Shown here in pieces: positions 1-10,317 of a stretch of DNA of 40,178 bases (within the stretch, counting starts at the first letter, position 1; every line of letters begins with the position of its first letter). Source of the stretch: Candidatus Heimdallarchaeota archaeon (GTDB taxonomy: Archaea > Asgardarchaeota > Heimdallarchaeia > Heimdallarchaeales > Heimdallarchaeaceae). Location of the stretch: assembly GCA_018238545.1 (NCBI GenBank), contig JABCTC010000033.1, forward strand, positions 1 through 40,178, in the 5' to 3' direction. A program made the translations under genes and the position numbers. Under the pieces are notes generated by a model that had not been told where the DNA came from, made no database searches, and saw only the letters and a program-made list of their open reading frames with translations.

Positions 1-654
1 ATGTTGATGTTTCTCTCTCCACTCTTTGGTTAGTTCTCCTGTCATAGCAGCTTTAAGGACAGCTTGACGATATTGATTCAGTAATAGTTTGGTTTGTTGA
101 AGGGAAGCTAGACCTGAATCAAGTTGAGAGAAGAGTTCATCAAGTTTAGAAACAATATCATTTTGTTCTTTTAACGAAGCTAGAGGAATAAGAATACCCC
201 CTAGTTTTTTTGCATTTACATTGGGTTGTGCACTACCAACCTTTTTTTCAGTTATTTGTTTCCAGTATAATGGTGATTGAAAAAAATAGTAAACATAATT
301 ATTTAGTATATTTTTTAGTAAAACTAATCTTATAAGATATGAAGCAAAAATAGCTGTAGGAAATTGTTCTTTAATTAAATAACTTTTTCCAACAGTAGCG
401 CCTGTTCTTGCAAAAACTAAGTCTCCAGGATTTAAGATATACTTCTTAATTTCAGTTTCACTAATTTTACAAAATGGAACAGCCTCCCAGTTTACGTTGT
501 TATTTTGAATATCTGTAATCCTTAAGTATTTAGGTCCTTTTGGGTCAGAAGATGCTTTAGCTGTATAACCATAATGTATCCTTTCTGAAATATCCTTAAT
601 TTTTTTCCAATTCCAATCTTTTGGAAGATCGGTTCTTTGTAAATCGCTGCTCAT
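1..654 (-). CDS. hsdS: Type I restriction-modification specificity subunit (partial, runs off window start)
   Basis: Not in the ORF track; translated by hand from ATG 654, which overlaps the hsdR stop (ATGA): MSSDLQRTDLPKDWNWKKIKDI...YLRITDI...GDLVFARTGATVGKSYLI...FASYLIR...AQPNVNAKKL...IPL..LKEQ..IV..LD..F...L.QYRQAVLKAAMTGELT. These are typical HsdS TRD and conserved coiled-coil motifs. Confidence 0.95.
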   Translation of the reverse strand, partial: MSSDLQRTDLPKDWNWKKIKDISERIHYGYTAKASSDPKGPKYLRITDIQNNNVNWEAVPFCKISETEIKKYILNPGDLVFARTGATVGKSYLIKEQFPTAIFASYLIRLVLLKNILNNYVYYFFQSPLYWKQITEKKVGSAQPNVNAKKLGGILIPLASLKEQNDIVSKLDELFSQLDSGLASLQQTKLLLNQYRQAVLKAAMTGELTKEWREKHQH

Positions 655-3389
655 CCTACTAGAACCTCATTAAGTTCAACAATTATCTCTTTTAATTTAT
701 CACCGAAAATTTCAGAAGTTTTGTAGATTCCACCTTTTAGATTGAATGGTACTTCTTGAAAGTCTTCTTTTTCTATGCTTACTGATGTTTTTATGTGCTC
801 TTTTATCATTTCCAACCATTCAATCTGTTCTTCTGTGAATCCTTCTACTATTATCTGTTGATCTATTAACCATTCTTGAAATCTTTTATCTACTGTGTCT
901 TCAAATGGTTCAAGTATTTTCGTTTCTTCCAAGGCAAATCTGATCAAAGCAACGATATTAGTTAACAATTTCTCTGGTCTTGCTCCTCTTACTTTGGCTA
1001 TATCTAATTGTTTGTAGGCTTCCCACAATCTTTCCGTAGTTAAATTATAGGGTGGGGATCTTATTGATTCTGCGAGCTCTTTTATTTGTTTGAACGTTAA
1101 ATGTCTTTGACCAAATGGTCTGTTGTAAATAATTTCTAATGCTGAAATTTCATCCTTCTTTTCTAGTAGAAATTCATTGAACGTCTTAACTAATTTTTGT
1201 GCTTGTTGTGTTGTATAACCAACCTTTACTACTTCATCAATACTTTGAACATCGATAATTTGTTCTCTTCTTTCTTTAGTTTCTATCAGAAAATTGCGTA
1301 ATTTTGGATCATCAAAGGGAGAACAAGCAATATCAGTCATCTTGTTTTTTACTTCTTCTATTTGTTCTTTTGTTGGGATTTCTGTTTCAAACTCTTCTCT
1401 TGCCGTATCTATATTTTTATCTATATTTATCGAATCTAATAAATTCTTTATTATTTTGGTAATCGGTTTTCCTGCAATTTGCTGAAACCTTTGCCGATCA
1501 TCACTATCAAGCTTGTTATTCAATCTTGATAATCTACTTGCTAAGCTGCTTAAAGAGTCATCATCTCTTGGACCAAGGATTATTTGATTAAGCAAATTCT
1601 TGAAAGACACCAATGGTTTTCTTTCAAGTGGTTGTGTATCAGTTTTATCTTTTAATGTAACTCCAATGGCGTCAACTATTACATAGTGTGTTTTAAACGC
1701 AGCGTCTGGGGTGACAGCTTTAAGATCGTTTGGATCTATTGTTCTTGTTCCTCTTCCTTTCATCTGTTCAAAGTATACTCTAGATTTAACAGCCCTCATA
1801 AATAAAAGGCATTCCAAAGGTTTTATGTCTGTTCCAGTCGAAATCATATCTACTGTGACAGCTATTCTAGGATTGTAAGAATTTCTAAATTCCTTAATTA
1901 GATTCTCCGTTTTTCCTGCACTTCTATACGTGATTTTTTTGCAAAACCTATTTCCCTTGCCAAATTCCTCTCTTACTATGTGAACAATATCTTCTGCATG
2001 AGAATCATCTTTGGCAAAAACAACTGTCTTTGGTACTTCTTCCCTTCCTGGAAAAATTTCTGTAAAGAGCTTACTCTTGAAAGTTTTGATAATTGTTCTA
2101 ATTTGATCCTTTGCGACTACCTTTCTATCTAATTGAGATGCATCATATTCCAACTCTTCATCTAGTAATTCCCATCTCTCTTCTCTTGTAAGCTTATCTC
2201 TTTTGAATACTCTTTTCTTCGCTTCTACCTTGCTTCCTTCTTTTGTTATTTTTGTCAATATTTGATATATCTCACAACCTACATTTACGTTATCAGCTAC
2301 AGCCTCTTCATGACTGTACTCCATTACAAGATTTTTATTAAAAAATCCGTATGTATGTTTAGCAGGGGTAGCAGTTAACCCAATAATAAATGAATCAAAG
2401 TACTCTAAAACCTGCCTCCATTTATTGTAGATAGACCTATGACATTCATCAACAATTATGAAGTCATATGTTTCAATGGGTATATTTGAATTGTATTCTA
2501 TATCGACAGGACTCTCATCACCTGCTGAATAAGTAAAAAGAGATTGATTTTCTAAGTCTTCATCTATGTCTTCTTCCCCCTTTAACATTGAGAAGAAACG
2601 TTGAATTGTTGTTATGGTAACTTTACTTATTTTATCAAGAGCATTGCTTTTTAATAATTGAATATTATATAATTCCTTGAATTTTCTTCCATCATCAGGA
2701 GTAACATATTGTTCAAATTCTCGTAGAGCTTGTTCTCCTAAAGATCTTCTATCGACTAGAAACAATACTCTTTTTGCTTTCGCATATTTTATTAATCTAT
2801 ACACGGAGCTAACTGCAGTATACGTTTTTCCGCTTCCTGTTGCCATTTGTATTAGCGCTCTAGGTCTAGCTTCTGAAAATGACTGTTCTAAATTCTTAAT
2901 TGCTTTTACTTGACATTCTCTTAGTCCTTCAAGATTAAGTGGTGGTAATTCTTTTAACCTTGCACGTAGAGTATTTTCTTCTTGAAGAAGTCTAGATAGT
3001 TCTTCAGGTCTGTGAAAATTGAATAAGGATCTTGACCTAGGTTCTGGGTCTCTTTCATCTCTGAAATAGATTTCATAACCATTGGTTTCATAAGCAAAAG
3101 GAACTGGGTTCGAATAAACGATATTCTCATCAATACCATCCAAATATCTAGCTGATTGTCCTGAGACACCACTTAAGGTATAACCAGCTTTCTTTGCTTC
3201 AACAACTCCAACTGCTTTCCTATCGATAAATAATAAATAATCCGCATAACCTGTTGTTAGAGGATATTCTCTGATTGCTATCCCTTCTCCTGCCCTAAAA
3301 TCAAATTGTTTGTAATCTTGAATAACCCACCCAGCTTCTTCTAGTTTTTTATCTATTAAGATTCTAGCTTCTTGTTCAGGATCCACCAT
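651..3389 (-). CDS. hsdR: Type I restriction endonuclease subunit R (EcoEI/EcoAI-like)
   Basis: Nuclease motif ADYLL...VEAK; Walker A ATGSGKT; DECH; motif VI QMKGRGTR; EcoEI-R-like C-terminus (F...Q..WL..I..HI...PF...GG). Confidence 0.95.
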   Translation of the reverse strand: MVDPEQEARILIDKKLEEAGWVIQDYKQFDFRAGEGIAIREYPLTTGYADYLLFIDRKAVGVVEAKKAGYTLSGVSGQSARYLDGIDENIVYSNPVPFAYETNGYEIYFRDERDPEPRSRSLFNFHRPEELSRLLQEENTLRARLKELPPLNLEGLRECQVKAIKNLEQSFSEARPRALIQMATGSGKTYTAVSSVYRLIKYAKAKRVLFLVDRRSLGEQALREFEQYVTPDDGRKFKELYNIQLLKSNALDKISKVTITTIQRFFSMLKGEEDIDEDLENQSLFTYSAGDESPVDIEYNSNIPIETYDFIIVDECHRSIYNKWRQVLEYFDSFIIGLTATPAKHTYGFFNKNLVMEYSHEEAVADNVNVGCEIYQILTKITKEGSKVEAKKRVFKRDKLTREERWELLDEELEYDASQLDRKVVAKDQIRTIIKTFKSKLFTEIFPGREEVPKTVVFAKDDSHAEDIVHIVREEFGKGNRFCKKITYRSAGKTENLIKEFRNSYNPRIAVTVDMISTGTDIKPLECLLFMRAVKSRVYFEQMKGRGTRTIDPNDLKAVTPDAAFKTHYVIVDAIGVTLKDKTDTQPLERKPLVSFKNLLNQIILGPRDDDSLSSLASRLSRLNNKLDSDDRQRFQQIAGKPITKIIKNLLDSINIDKNIDTAREEFETEIPTKEQIEEVKNKMTDIACSPFDDPKLRNFLIETKERREQIIDVQSIDEVVKVGYTTQQAQKLVKTFNEFLLEKKDEISALEIIYNRPFGQRHLTFKQIKELAESIRSPPYNLTTERLWEAYKQLDIAKVRGARPEKLLTNIVALIRFALEETKILEPFEDTVDKRFQEWLIDQQIIVEGFTEEQIEWLEMIKEHIKTSVSIEKEDFQEVPFNLKGGIYKTSEIFGDKLKEIIVELNEVLVG

Positions 3390-3537
3390 TTATCCCCTCT
3401 TCAACCTATATATCTTCTTTGTAGAAATTTAAAAGAGTATTGCATAAGGAATTTAAGAAAACATAACATTAATAGAAAAAAAATAAATTTAATCGGTTTG
3501 TATGATTCCATTCCATTAAGTAAGATAGTAACTAGCA

Positions 3538-6500
3538 TTAAGTTAATTTGTTTATCCAATCATAGAATTGCCTGTAATTAGTTTTTTTTACTTTTTTGCT
3601 TATTCGTGTGCTTTTCTTGTTTTTGTTTGGACTCTTAAGTAGTTCCCACTGTCTAATTTTCTCTTCAAGAACTTCCATTGTGTCAGATTCTAATACGTTA
3701 TTAACAATAATATCCTTGTTTTTTGTTAAAGCTCCAGGTAAAAACATTTTAGTTGTCAATAGCTGATCTAATTGCTCTGCTTTCCGCAGTGTCAATTTAT
3801 TTGTATGATTACATATCACTGCTTGCTTTTTCTTGTCCCACTTCATTTCATAAACTGTGAGGGATTCCCCATCAAACTGGTTTGATAGGTAGAGTTTTTC
3901 CTTTTGTAAAGAATCATTCACTTCTAATTCTCCTATTTGTTGATCATCATTCACATTTGTTTTAATCATGTCTAGAAGAATCTCTCCGTATGAGGAATGT
4001 GCATGATATATGAAATGAAATATCAGAGCAATTTCAAGAGCTACTGAAAGCTCAGATAATGAGCTTCTAGAAACCACTAAATTTCTAGTAATTGGTACAA
4101 TTTTTCCTTTTCCTAGGAATTCTTGTCTATATCCTTCTCTAATGCTCATCCCTTTGGGTAATTTCTTCTTGAGTAATCTCTCTCTTTTGAATTTTTGTGC
4201 AACAGATAAGCATTTTAACAGTAACTCTAATGATTCACTAACTCCTGCAATAATGTTGTTATCATTCATCTTTTGATTGATTGAAACTGTTAGTTTGTGG
4301 TTCTTCATTTGTAAAATCTTAATGTAATTTCTTAAGATTATCTCATTAATTATTATTTGCCTTTTCCATGTATCATTGTAGATAAATTCCTTAAACGAAA
4401 TTGAGTCATATTTTCCGTGGATTTTTCTATTTACGATATTTGGAAATGAGTTGTATGGGGCATAATACAGTTTTACAGATGAACGCTGCTTCAAGATATT
4501 AATCATGTTATTATCAAGCATCTTCTCGAGTAATTCATTTCTTCTTATATCTTTTAAGACAATTTCTTTAATTACATGACCCTTCCTTCCATCGAATCTT
4601 CTTTCAGATAATTGATGGCTTAAATGTTTCAATTGTTTGGTTGCCTTTTTACATACTCTATCTAGTAATTTCCGCATTTTTTCATTAAACAAGAAATACT
4701 CTAATTGTGAATTATAAGGCGATGTTATGCCTAATTTGAATATTTTTTGTATTCTTTGTACTAAAATTCTTAGCTTCTTTCCTACAAAACCTTTCTTCCA
4801 GAATTCTAAGATTTTGTTATTGGCTAGATTGTTATTACTAATAAATTTAGATACAAATTCGCGATTTGTTTTTCTTCTTATGATTACCAAATCTGTGCTT
4901 TCCATTGCAACAGATCTCCACTTCTTATAATCGTCAATAACATCTCTAATTTGAGATTCTTCCTCGCAATTATTTAGCACTTTACCATCAAAATGAATTA
5001 ACCCTTTATTAACGGAGTTAAAAGCTTCTTTGTAGTTTTTCAGTATAGTTAGTATCTGTTTTTCATTTCCTTGAAGATGATCAAATGACCAGAAATGGGT
5101 TGTAAACAGCGGTCTAATTATCGGTAAACCATTTTCAAGTAGTGGAATAATTTCATTTTTCTTATTGATTGTCGAATTTGTGAAACTCACAAGCCTTGGA
5201 TAGTATGTAATAATTTCTTCGTAATAATCAATTGTATCATCAATTTTTGTTGATAGTTTTGATAATCTGAACATTCCTTTCACTGCTCCAACTTTCTTAA
5301 GACACTCGAATACTTTTGAAAGTAGACCATTTTCTTTTAATGTCCTATTTTCTTTAGTAATTAATTTTCTAATTCTTTTTAGTTCCACTATTGCTAATCG
5401 CGCGTCAACAAAATCGATTATTGGAATATGGTTATCCTTAAATGAAAATAAAAAAACAGTTGGAAGTTGACCTGTTGTTACGAACCTAAACATTACCTCC
5501 TTTACACTTTTTATAGTCTCGATTGGTGGTTTGTTTGAGGTACTAGGATGTATTCTATTAATGCCTCGTGAAAAATAAAAAGCTCCTGGAAAGATTTCCT
5601 TTTCATCTGAAATTGTTTTCTCAAATATTTGTTGCTTTTTTTCATCAATGAAAGTGAGTACAAACACTTCTTCTATGTTGTTTCTCTGTATCTTGATTGG
5701 TTCCCAAAAACTTGCTATGCTCAGTAATCTATCCTTAAGGGAATCTCTTATCCAGCTCCCTCTCGCGTTTCTTATGAAAAAATCATAAATAACTAACTCA
5801 GAAGTTGAAATAGTGTTTTTTTCATTTATTGTTACTTTTTGCTCTTTTCCAAATGTACAGTTAGACGTTTTCCAGTAGAGTTGCTCCATTTGAACATCTA
5901 TGTTTGGATTTCTCTTTATTCTTTTATAACTGTTAATTAAGTCCTCATAAACTATATATCTTATCTCATCTTTTTTTGTATTCTTATTCATAAAGCCTAT
6001 AACAACTAACTCTTCTGTCTTCTTATCTAATTTCTCAATCTTAGAATAGGTTGAGAAAGCAAATTTGATGCTTTTCTTACTGCTTATAACATTAAAGTGA
6101 CTTTGCCCTAAGACTTCAGCAATTATGTGAAGATTAACACTTGGATAATATCCATTAGGAATATGTAATTTTGTTTTGAAAGTACTATCCCTCATATAGG
6201 TTGAAATTGGAAAAATTGTGGTGAATTTCTCATCTGTTGAAGTGGTTTCAATAAAAACGATTTTCTGGTAAATGTGGTCAAATACTAAACTTATCAATTG
6301 ATTTTTTACTGCACTTTGTCTCGTTCTAGAACCACTAATTTCATTTGAAATTTTGTGATTATTTATTGCCGATCTTCTTAAATTAGTGAAACCTTGACCA
6401 TAGATATACATTGATAGAATTTTCTTCGTTGTCGCCAATGCTTTACCATATGAATTTTTTTTCTTTATTATTTTTGTGAAATCTATAATTTTTCCATTAA

Positions 6501-9500
6501 CAATAATCGGAAGCCTTAACACGCCTAACAATAGCTGCTTTGCTATGCCTGTGGACTTTAGACTATAGCCATTAATAAGTTTAGAAATTCCACTTTGTTT
6601 GTAATTCTTACTTTCTATCTTTCCATTATCTAAATCTAAATCTGTTCCATATCTAGAATCCAAGAAACGGTAATAGCTTTTTAAATCGGTTATTTCAATA
6701 TTTAAAGATGAATCGGTTAGTTCTAGTGATTTTCTATCTAAAGAAATTATTCCTTTTTCTATATCAAAGAGAAAGACACCATTTTTTGTATTAACTGTGA
6801 CATTGTTGCCATTTAATTCCAGTTTCTTCTGCACTATATTTCCAAGGAAAGGAAAATCTATGACACCAAAAACGTAACTTAGTTTAGTTTGAAACTCTTT
6901 CCATTTCTTGATTTTATCTTCTAAATTATTACAGTAGCCTAATTTCGTGTTGCAAGCATAGATATAGCGTTCCAGTGAAAAGATAATATCAAAGAAAGGT
7001 GTTTCTCCTTTCAGTGTTTGTAACCCCCCTTCATTTCCTTTAGCTTCAACTAAATCATGATATACTCTCCCTATCTGCAAAAATGCTTTATTTTCAAAAC
7101 TGTGTTCCTTTATCTGATCTGATATCTGTGTAAATTCTTCAAATAAAAATTTAAATCTCAGTAATTTTTCTATATCTCCTTGATTCTTGGTTGCATCTGT
7201 AAGGAAATTTAGTACAAAATCTATTATGTTGTCGGAATAGAAACTTTGTTTATTATCTCTAAAATTCTGTAGAGATGATTTAATCTCATAACTTCTCAAA
7301 TCTAAGTTGTCGGTTTGATCTATTTTTGGTATCATTACCTCAGAGATAAAGAAAATTACTTGTGATAAGGCATGAGTATTCAGTAACCCCTTCTCATTCT
7401 GAAGAATTTGTGCAATATTGCCAGTTTCATCCATTGGTATGATGGTTAAGCCTTCTTCAAGCTCATTAATTCTTGTTACTATGTTTTCAGTTTCTATATT
7501 ATTCTCTTGAAGAGTCGAATTGATGATGATGTTTTCGATTTCACTATCAGAATTTTTGATATAAATCTGTTCTAGCTCATGATATTTTCCTAGTCTTGGA
7601 AGTTCATTTGATATTTCTATTAACAATCTATGTGCAAAGACCTTTTCTATGTTCAGAAATTCTGCAACTATCGTGGAAGAAAGCTGGATTCCTGGTTTGG
7701 AATCAGAAATTATCATATGTTTCAGTCTACTTTTTAGTTTGTCTCTTTCTTCAGTCGATATTTCAGACTCGTTTATTGAGTTTGATTCCTTTGGATTGCT
7801 TAAACTAGTTTTAGTAACTTGTAATGTTCCAGTTTTGAAGAAGTTATTGAGAAACAATTTGAACTGTTTGTCTTTTATCTTTCCTAACCATGTGAACATC
7901 ACTATTACTGCTATTGTTATTATCGGTAGAACAACATTCCAAAAACCTTCAAAATTAACTGAATTAAGCTTAATAAATATTAAACTACCTATAAAAGAAA
8001 GCACTAGAACTATCTTTACTGCTATGCTAAGGAATTTAGTTATTTTGTAAAAATCCTCATAAAAGGTGGTACTGTAACTTAAGTATAGTGTCGAAAAACC
8101 TGTAAAAGACAGCGCATATATACAAATGATGAAAATGTAATAACACCATTTTCCTCCTTCTAAAAACAGAATGTTTTCCAAATTGTTTTGTGCAATTGTA
8201 ATTACCTCATTTGTGATTTGAAATAGCACAATTGTCTTCAACACAATTTCTCCTAATGATAAAAACAATAAAGTACTCTTCAGAATAGACTCCGATATCA
8301 GTAAGATTTTCTCTGACACGAATTTCCTAATTCTTCCACGTCTTATATTTGGAGAATCAAACTGTATTTCTGTGATACTTTCTGTTGCTTCATTTTTCAT
8401 TCTTTTGCTATTTGACCATATTTGACTTATCAATATAGTAAGTGCAAGTAGAAGAAAACCAAATTCAAGATAGATAATTGTTGATTTTGATGGATTGAAA
8501 ACAATATCATTTATTTTCTCCTCATTTGGTGTATCAAATGGATTTGTGATTGTAACATTGGAATTCGAAATGCTTGTTATCAGATACTTCAGATTTTCTA
8601 AAATAACGGTATGACCATCCCCGTAAATAGATATCACAATAGTTACTTCATATGACTTTGAAAACAGCATTACATTTTTTGCAACCCAAATATTTTTTTC
8701 TTCCTTGATTTGTTCATCTATTGAAGTTTGAAAATTGAGTTTAAGCTGAATATCTACTTGTCTAACGGGTAAACCTTGCTCTGTTGTTAGGTCAAATGAT
8801 AGATTTATACTACAGTATAATGAATTAGGTACAAGTATAAAATAATCCATGAAAGTCAGAATAAGAGGACTTAAGAGAGGTGTAATATAATTTTCACTCT
8901 CTACCAATTCTCTCTCCAAACTTACCTCTTCGGACAACTCATGAATGGGATTAATAGTAATCTTACTTGTGTTAAGGATGTAAAATGCTCCTTGGCCAGT
9001 TGTTGTTCCTTGAATCGTCATAACAATGGAATCAAAAAAATTAGTGACAATTTTTACTCCATTCAAAGATTGTGGTGAATTCGTCTGAGAAGATTCAGAA
9101 ATTTCTCCACTTTCTATTGTCTCTGCCCCTATAAGTATTTCATAAGAAATGAACGGTTCAACAACCTCGCCGATGCATCCATAGTTAATAGAATACTCTA
9201 ACACTTGGTTTTGGTTGGTTGATAGTGGTTTTAGTGAAGAAAGATCAAAAGAATAATCTATCTCACAATTTTCCCAGGTAAACCAACACAAAGTATTTTC
9301 AGGTAATTGATCTCCGAAGTTAACTCCATTTCCCTTTGTCCGTATTGCGCTTATTATAATTTTGTCAGTACAATATCCAACACTGAAGTAAATCGTAATG
9401 ATATTAATTCCTGGAGAAATAGAGAGTAAGAATGTTTCTTTTGCCACTTGATTCGATCTAAAATCACATGAAGCAACAATCTTTCCATTTACTTCAATTT

Positions 9501-10179
9501 CAAAAAAACGCTCAAGAGAAGAGAAATCGCTAGAGGAAAAAGAAGTTGTAAAATTCAATTTTTCAAAATTAAGCGTGTTATTAATTACAGTTTGAATACT
9601 TCTGGTTCTAAGGGAAAATGGTCCCACTTTAAATTCTAACCAGTCTGGTATTACTGGAAACTGCGTTGGATATTCTGATAGTACTGACGGGATAATCTCT
9701 TCTACTTGTGTAGAACTTCGTATTATTAAGGATCCAGCATGATGCTGATAATCTGTTTGAGCCTCACAAATTATCGTTAAATACATGTTCCCTTCAAATT
9801 CATCTGGATAGCTGAATGCTTGTGTCTTGTTGTGCATGAGAGTGTCTTGAAACATGGTCTCAATTTCGAAAGTAATTTCTGTTTGATCAAAGATGAAAGT
9901 TACCTTTATTCCCTCACTATTACTACTATAGTCCACTGTTTCGAAAAAGAGAATTAAACTATTAAAGGAACCTAGCCTAAGATTTGAGACATCTATTACG
10001 AATTCTTCATGGGAAAAAGTAGAATTATATTCAAACACTATGTCAGATGGAAGAAGAATAGTACTATCAACGATATTATTATTGGAGCAAGATATGTTTG
10101 AATTTACAAAAATACAATTAATAGATATAAGGTTAATTGTGAAAAAAACAATTATTAGACCAAACCTCTGTTTACTCAT
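3538..10179 (-). CDS. Giant (2213 aa) membrane protein of unknown function: signal peptide, ~530-aa beta-rich ectodomain, ~5 TM helices, winged-helix-like segment and ~1300-aa cytoplasmic region
   Basis: Uninterrupted 6.6-kb ORF with a hydrophobic N-terminus and hydrophobic segments at ~8415-8480 and ~7880-8290. No catalytic motif recognised. Confidence 0.85.
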   Translation of the reverse strand: MSKQRFGLIIVFFTINLISINCIFVNSNISCSNNNIVDSTILLPSDIVFEYNSTFSHEEFVIDVSNLRLGSFNSLILFFETVDYSSNSEGIKVTFIFDQTEITFEIETMFQDTLMHNKTQAFSYPDEFEGNMYLTIICEAQTDYQHHAGSLIIRSSTQVEEIIPSVLSEYPTQFPVIPDWLEFKVGPFSLRTRSIQTVINNTLNFEKLNFTTSFSSSDFSSLERFFEIEVNGKIVASCDFRSNQVAKETFLLSISPGINIITIYFSVGYCTDKIIISAIRTKGNGVNFGDQLPENTLCWFTWENCEIDYSFDLSSLKPLSTNQNQVLEYSINYGCIGEVVEPFISYEILIGAETIESGEISESSQTNSPQSLNGVKIVTNFFDSIVMTIQGTTTGQGAFYILNTSKITINPIHELSEEVSLERELVESENYITPLLSPLILTFMDYFILVPNSLYCSINLSFDLTTEQGLPVRQVDIQLKLNFQTSIDEQIKEEKNIWVAKNVMLFSKSYEVTIVISIYGDGHTVILENLKYLITSISNSNVTITNPFDTPNEEKINDIVFNPSKSTIIYLEFGFLLLALTILISQIWSNSKRMKNEATESITEIQFDSPNIRRGRIRKFVSEKILLISESILKSTLLFLSLGEIVLKTIVLFQITNEVITIAQNNLENILFLEGGKWCYYIFIICIYALSFTGFSTLYLSYSTTFYEDFYKITKFLSIAVKIVLVLSFIGSLIFIKLNSVNFEGFWNVVLPIITIAVIVMFTWLGKIKDKQFKLFLNNFFKTGTLQVTKTSLSNPKESNSINESEISTEERDKLKSRLKHMIISDSKPGIQLSSTIVAEFLNIEKVFAHRLLIEISNELPRLGKYHELEQIYIKNSDSEIENIIINSTLQENNIETENIVTRINELEEGLTIIPMDETGNIAQILQNEKGLLNTHALSQVIFFISEVMIPKIDQTDNLDLRSYEIKSSLQNFRDNKQSFYSDNIIDFVLNFLTDATKNQGDIEKLLRFKFLFEEFTQISDQIKEHSFENKAFLQIGRVYHDLVEAKGNEGGLQTLKGETPFFDIIFSLERYIYACNTKLGYCNNLEDKIKKWKEFQTKLSYVFGVIDFPFLGNIVQKKLELNGNNVTVNTKNGVFLFDIEKGIISLDRKSLELTDSSLNIEITDLKSYYRFLDSRYGTDLDLDNGKIESKNYKQSGISKLINGYSLKSTGIAKQLLLGVLRLPIIVNGKIIDFTKIIKKKNSYGKALATTKKILSMYIYGQGFTNLRRSAINNHKISNEISGSRTRQSAVKNQLISLVFDHIYQKIVFIETTSTDEKFTTIFPISTYMRDSTFKTKLHIPNGYYPSVNLHIIAEVLGQSHFNVISSKKSIKFAFSTYSKIEKLDKKTEELVVIGFMNKNTKKDEIRYIVYEDLINSYKRIKRNPNIDVQMEQLYWKTSNCTFGKEQKVTINEKNTISTSELVIYDFFIRNARGSWIRDSLKDRLLSIASFWEPIKIQRNNIEEVFVLTFIDEKKQQIFEKTISDEKEIFPGAFYFSRGINRIHPSTSNKPPIETIKSVKEVMFRFVTTGQLPTVFLFSFKDNHIPIIDFVDARLAIVELKRIRKLITKENRTLKENGLLSKVFECLKKVGAVKGMFRLSKLSTKIDDTIDYYEEIITYYPRLVSFTNSTINKKNEIIPLLENGLPIIRPLFTTHFWSFDHLQGNEKQILTILKNYKEAFNSVNKGLIHFDGKVLNNCEEESQIRDVIDDYKKWRSVAMESTDLVIIRRKTNREFVSKFISNNNLANNKILEFWKKGFVGKKLRILVQRIQKIFKLGITSPYNSQLEYFLFNEKMRKLLDRVCKKATKQLKHLSHQLSERRFDGRKGHVIKEIVLKDIRRNELLEKMLDNNMINILKQRSSVKLYYAPYNSFPNIVNRKIHGKYDSISFKEFIYNDTWKRQIIINEIILRNYIKILQMKNHKLTVSINQKMNDNNIIAGVSESLELLLKCLSVAQKFKRERLLKKKLPKGMSIREGYRQEFLGKGKIVPITRNLVVSRSSLSELSVALEIALIFHFIYHAHSSYGEILLDMIKTNVNDDQQIGELEVNDSLQKEKLYLSNQFDGESLTVYEMKWDKKKQAVICNHTNKLTLRKAEQLDQLLTTKMFLPGALTKNKDIIVNNVLESDTMEVLEEKIRQWELLKSPNKNKKSTRISKKVKKTNYRQFYDWINKLT

Positions 10180-10317
10180 TACTAGTTAATCCGAAGTTTA
10201 GTTTATAAAGGTGGTAAAAAGCAGGTTTTGTTTATGAATTAATAAATCCAATCTAATCAAAAAAAGAATCGACATCCATTATGTTTAAAAACATATGTCG
10301 TTTCAACCAATAAGAAG

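Noticed and set aside
6235-6300. LVFDHIYQKIVFIETTS in the giant protein resembles a PD-(D/E)xK nuclease core
   Set aside because: It lacks the Lys and is too short to support without profile or structure searches.
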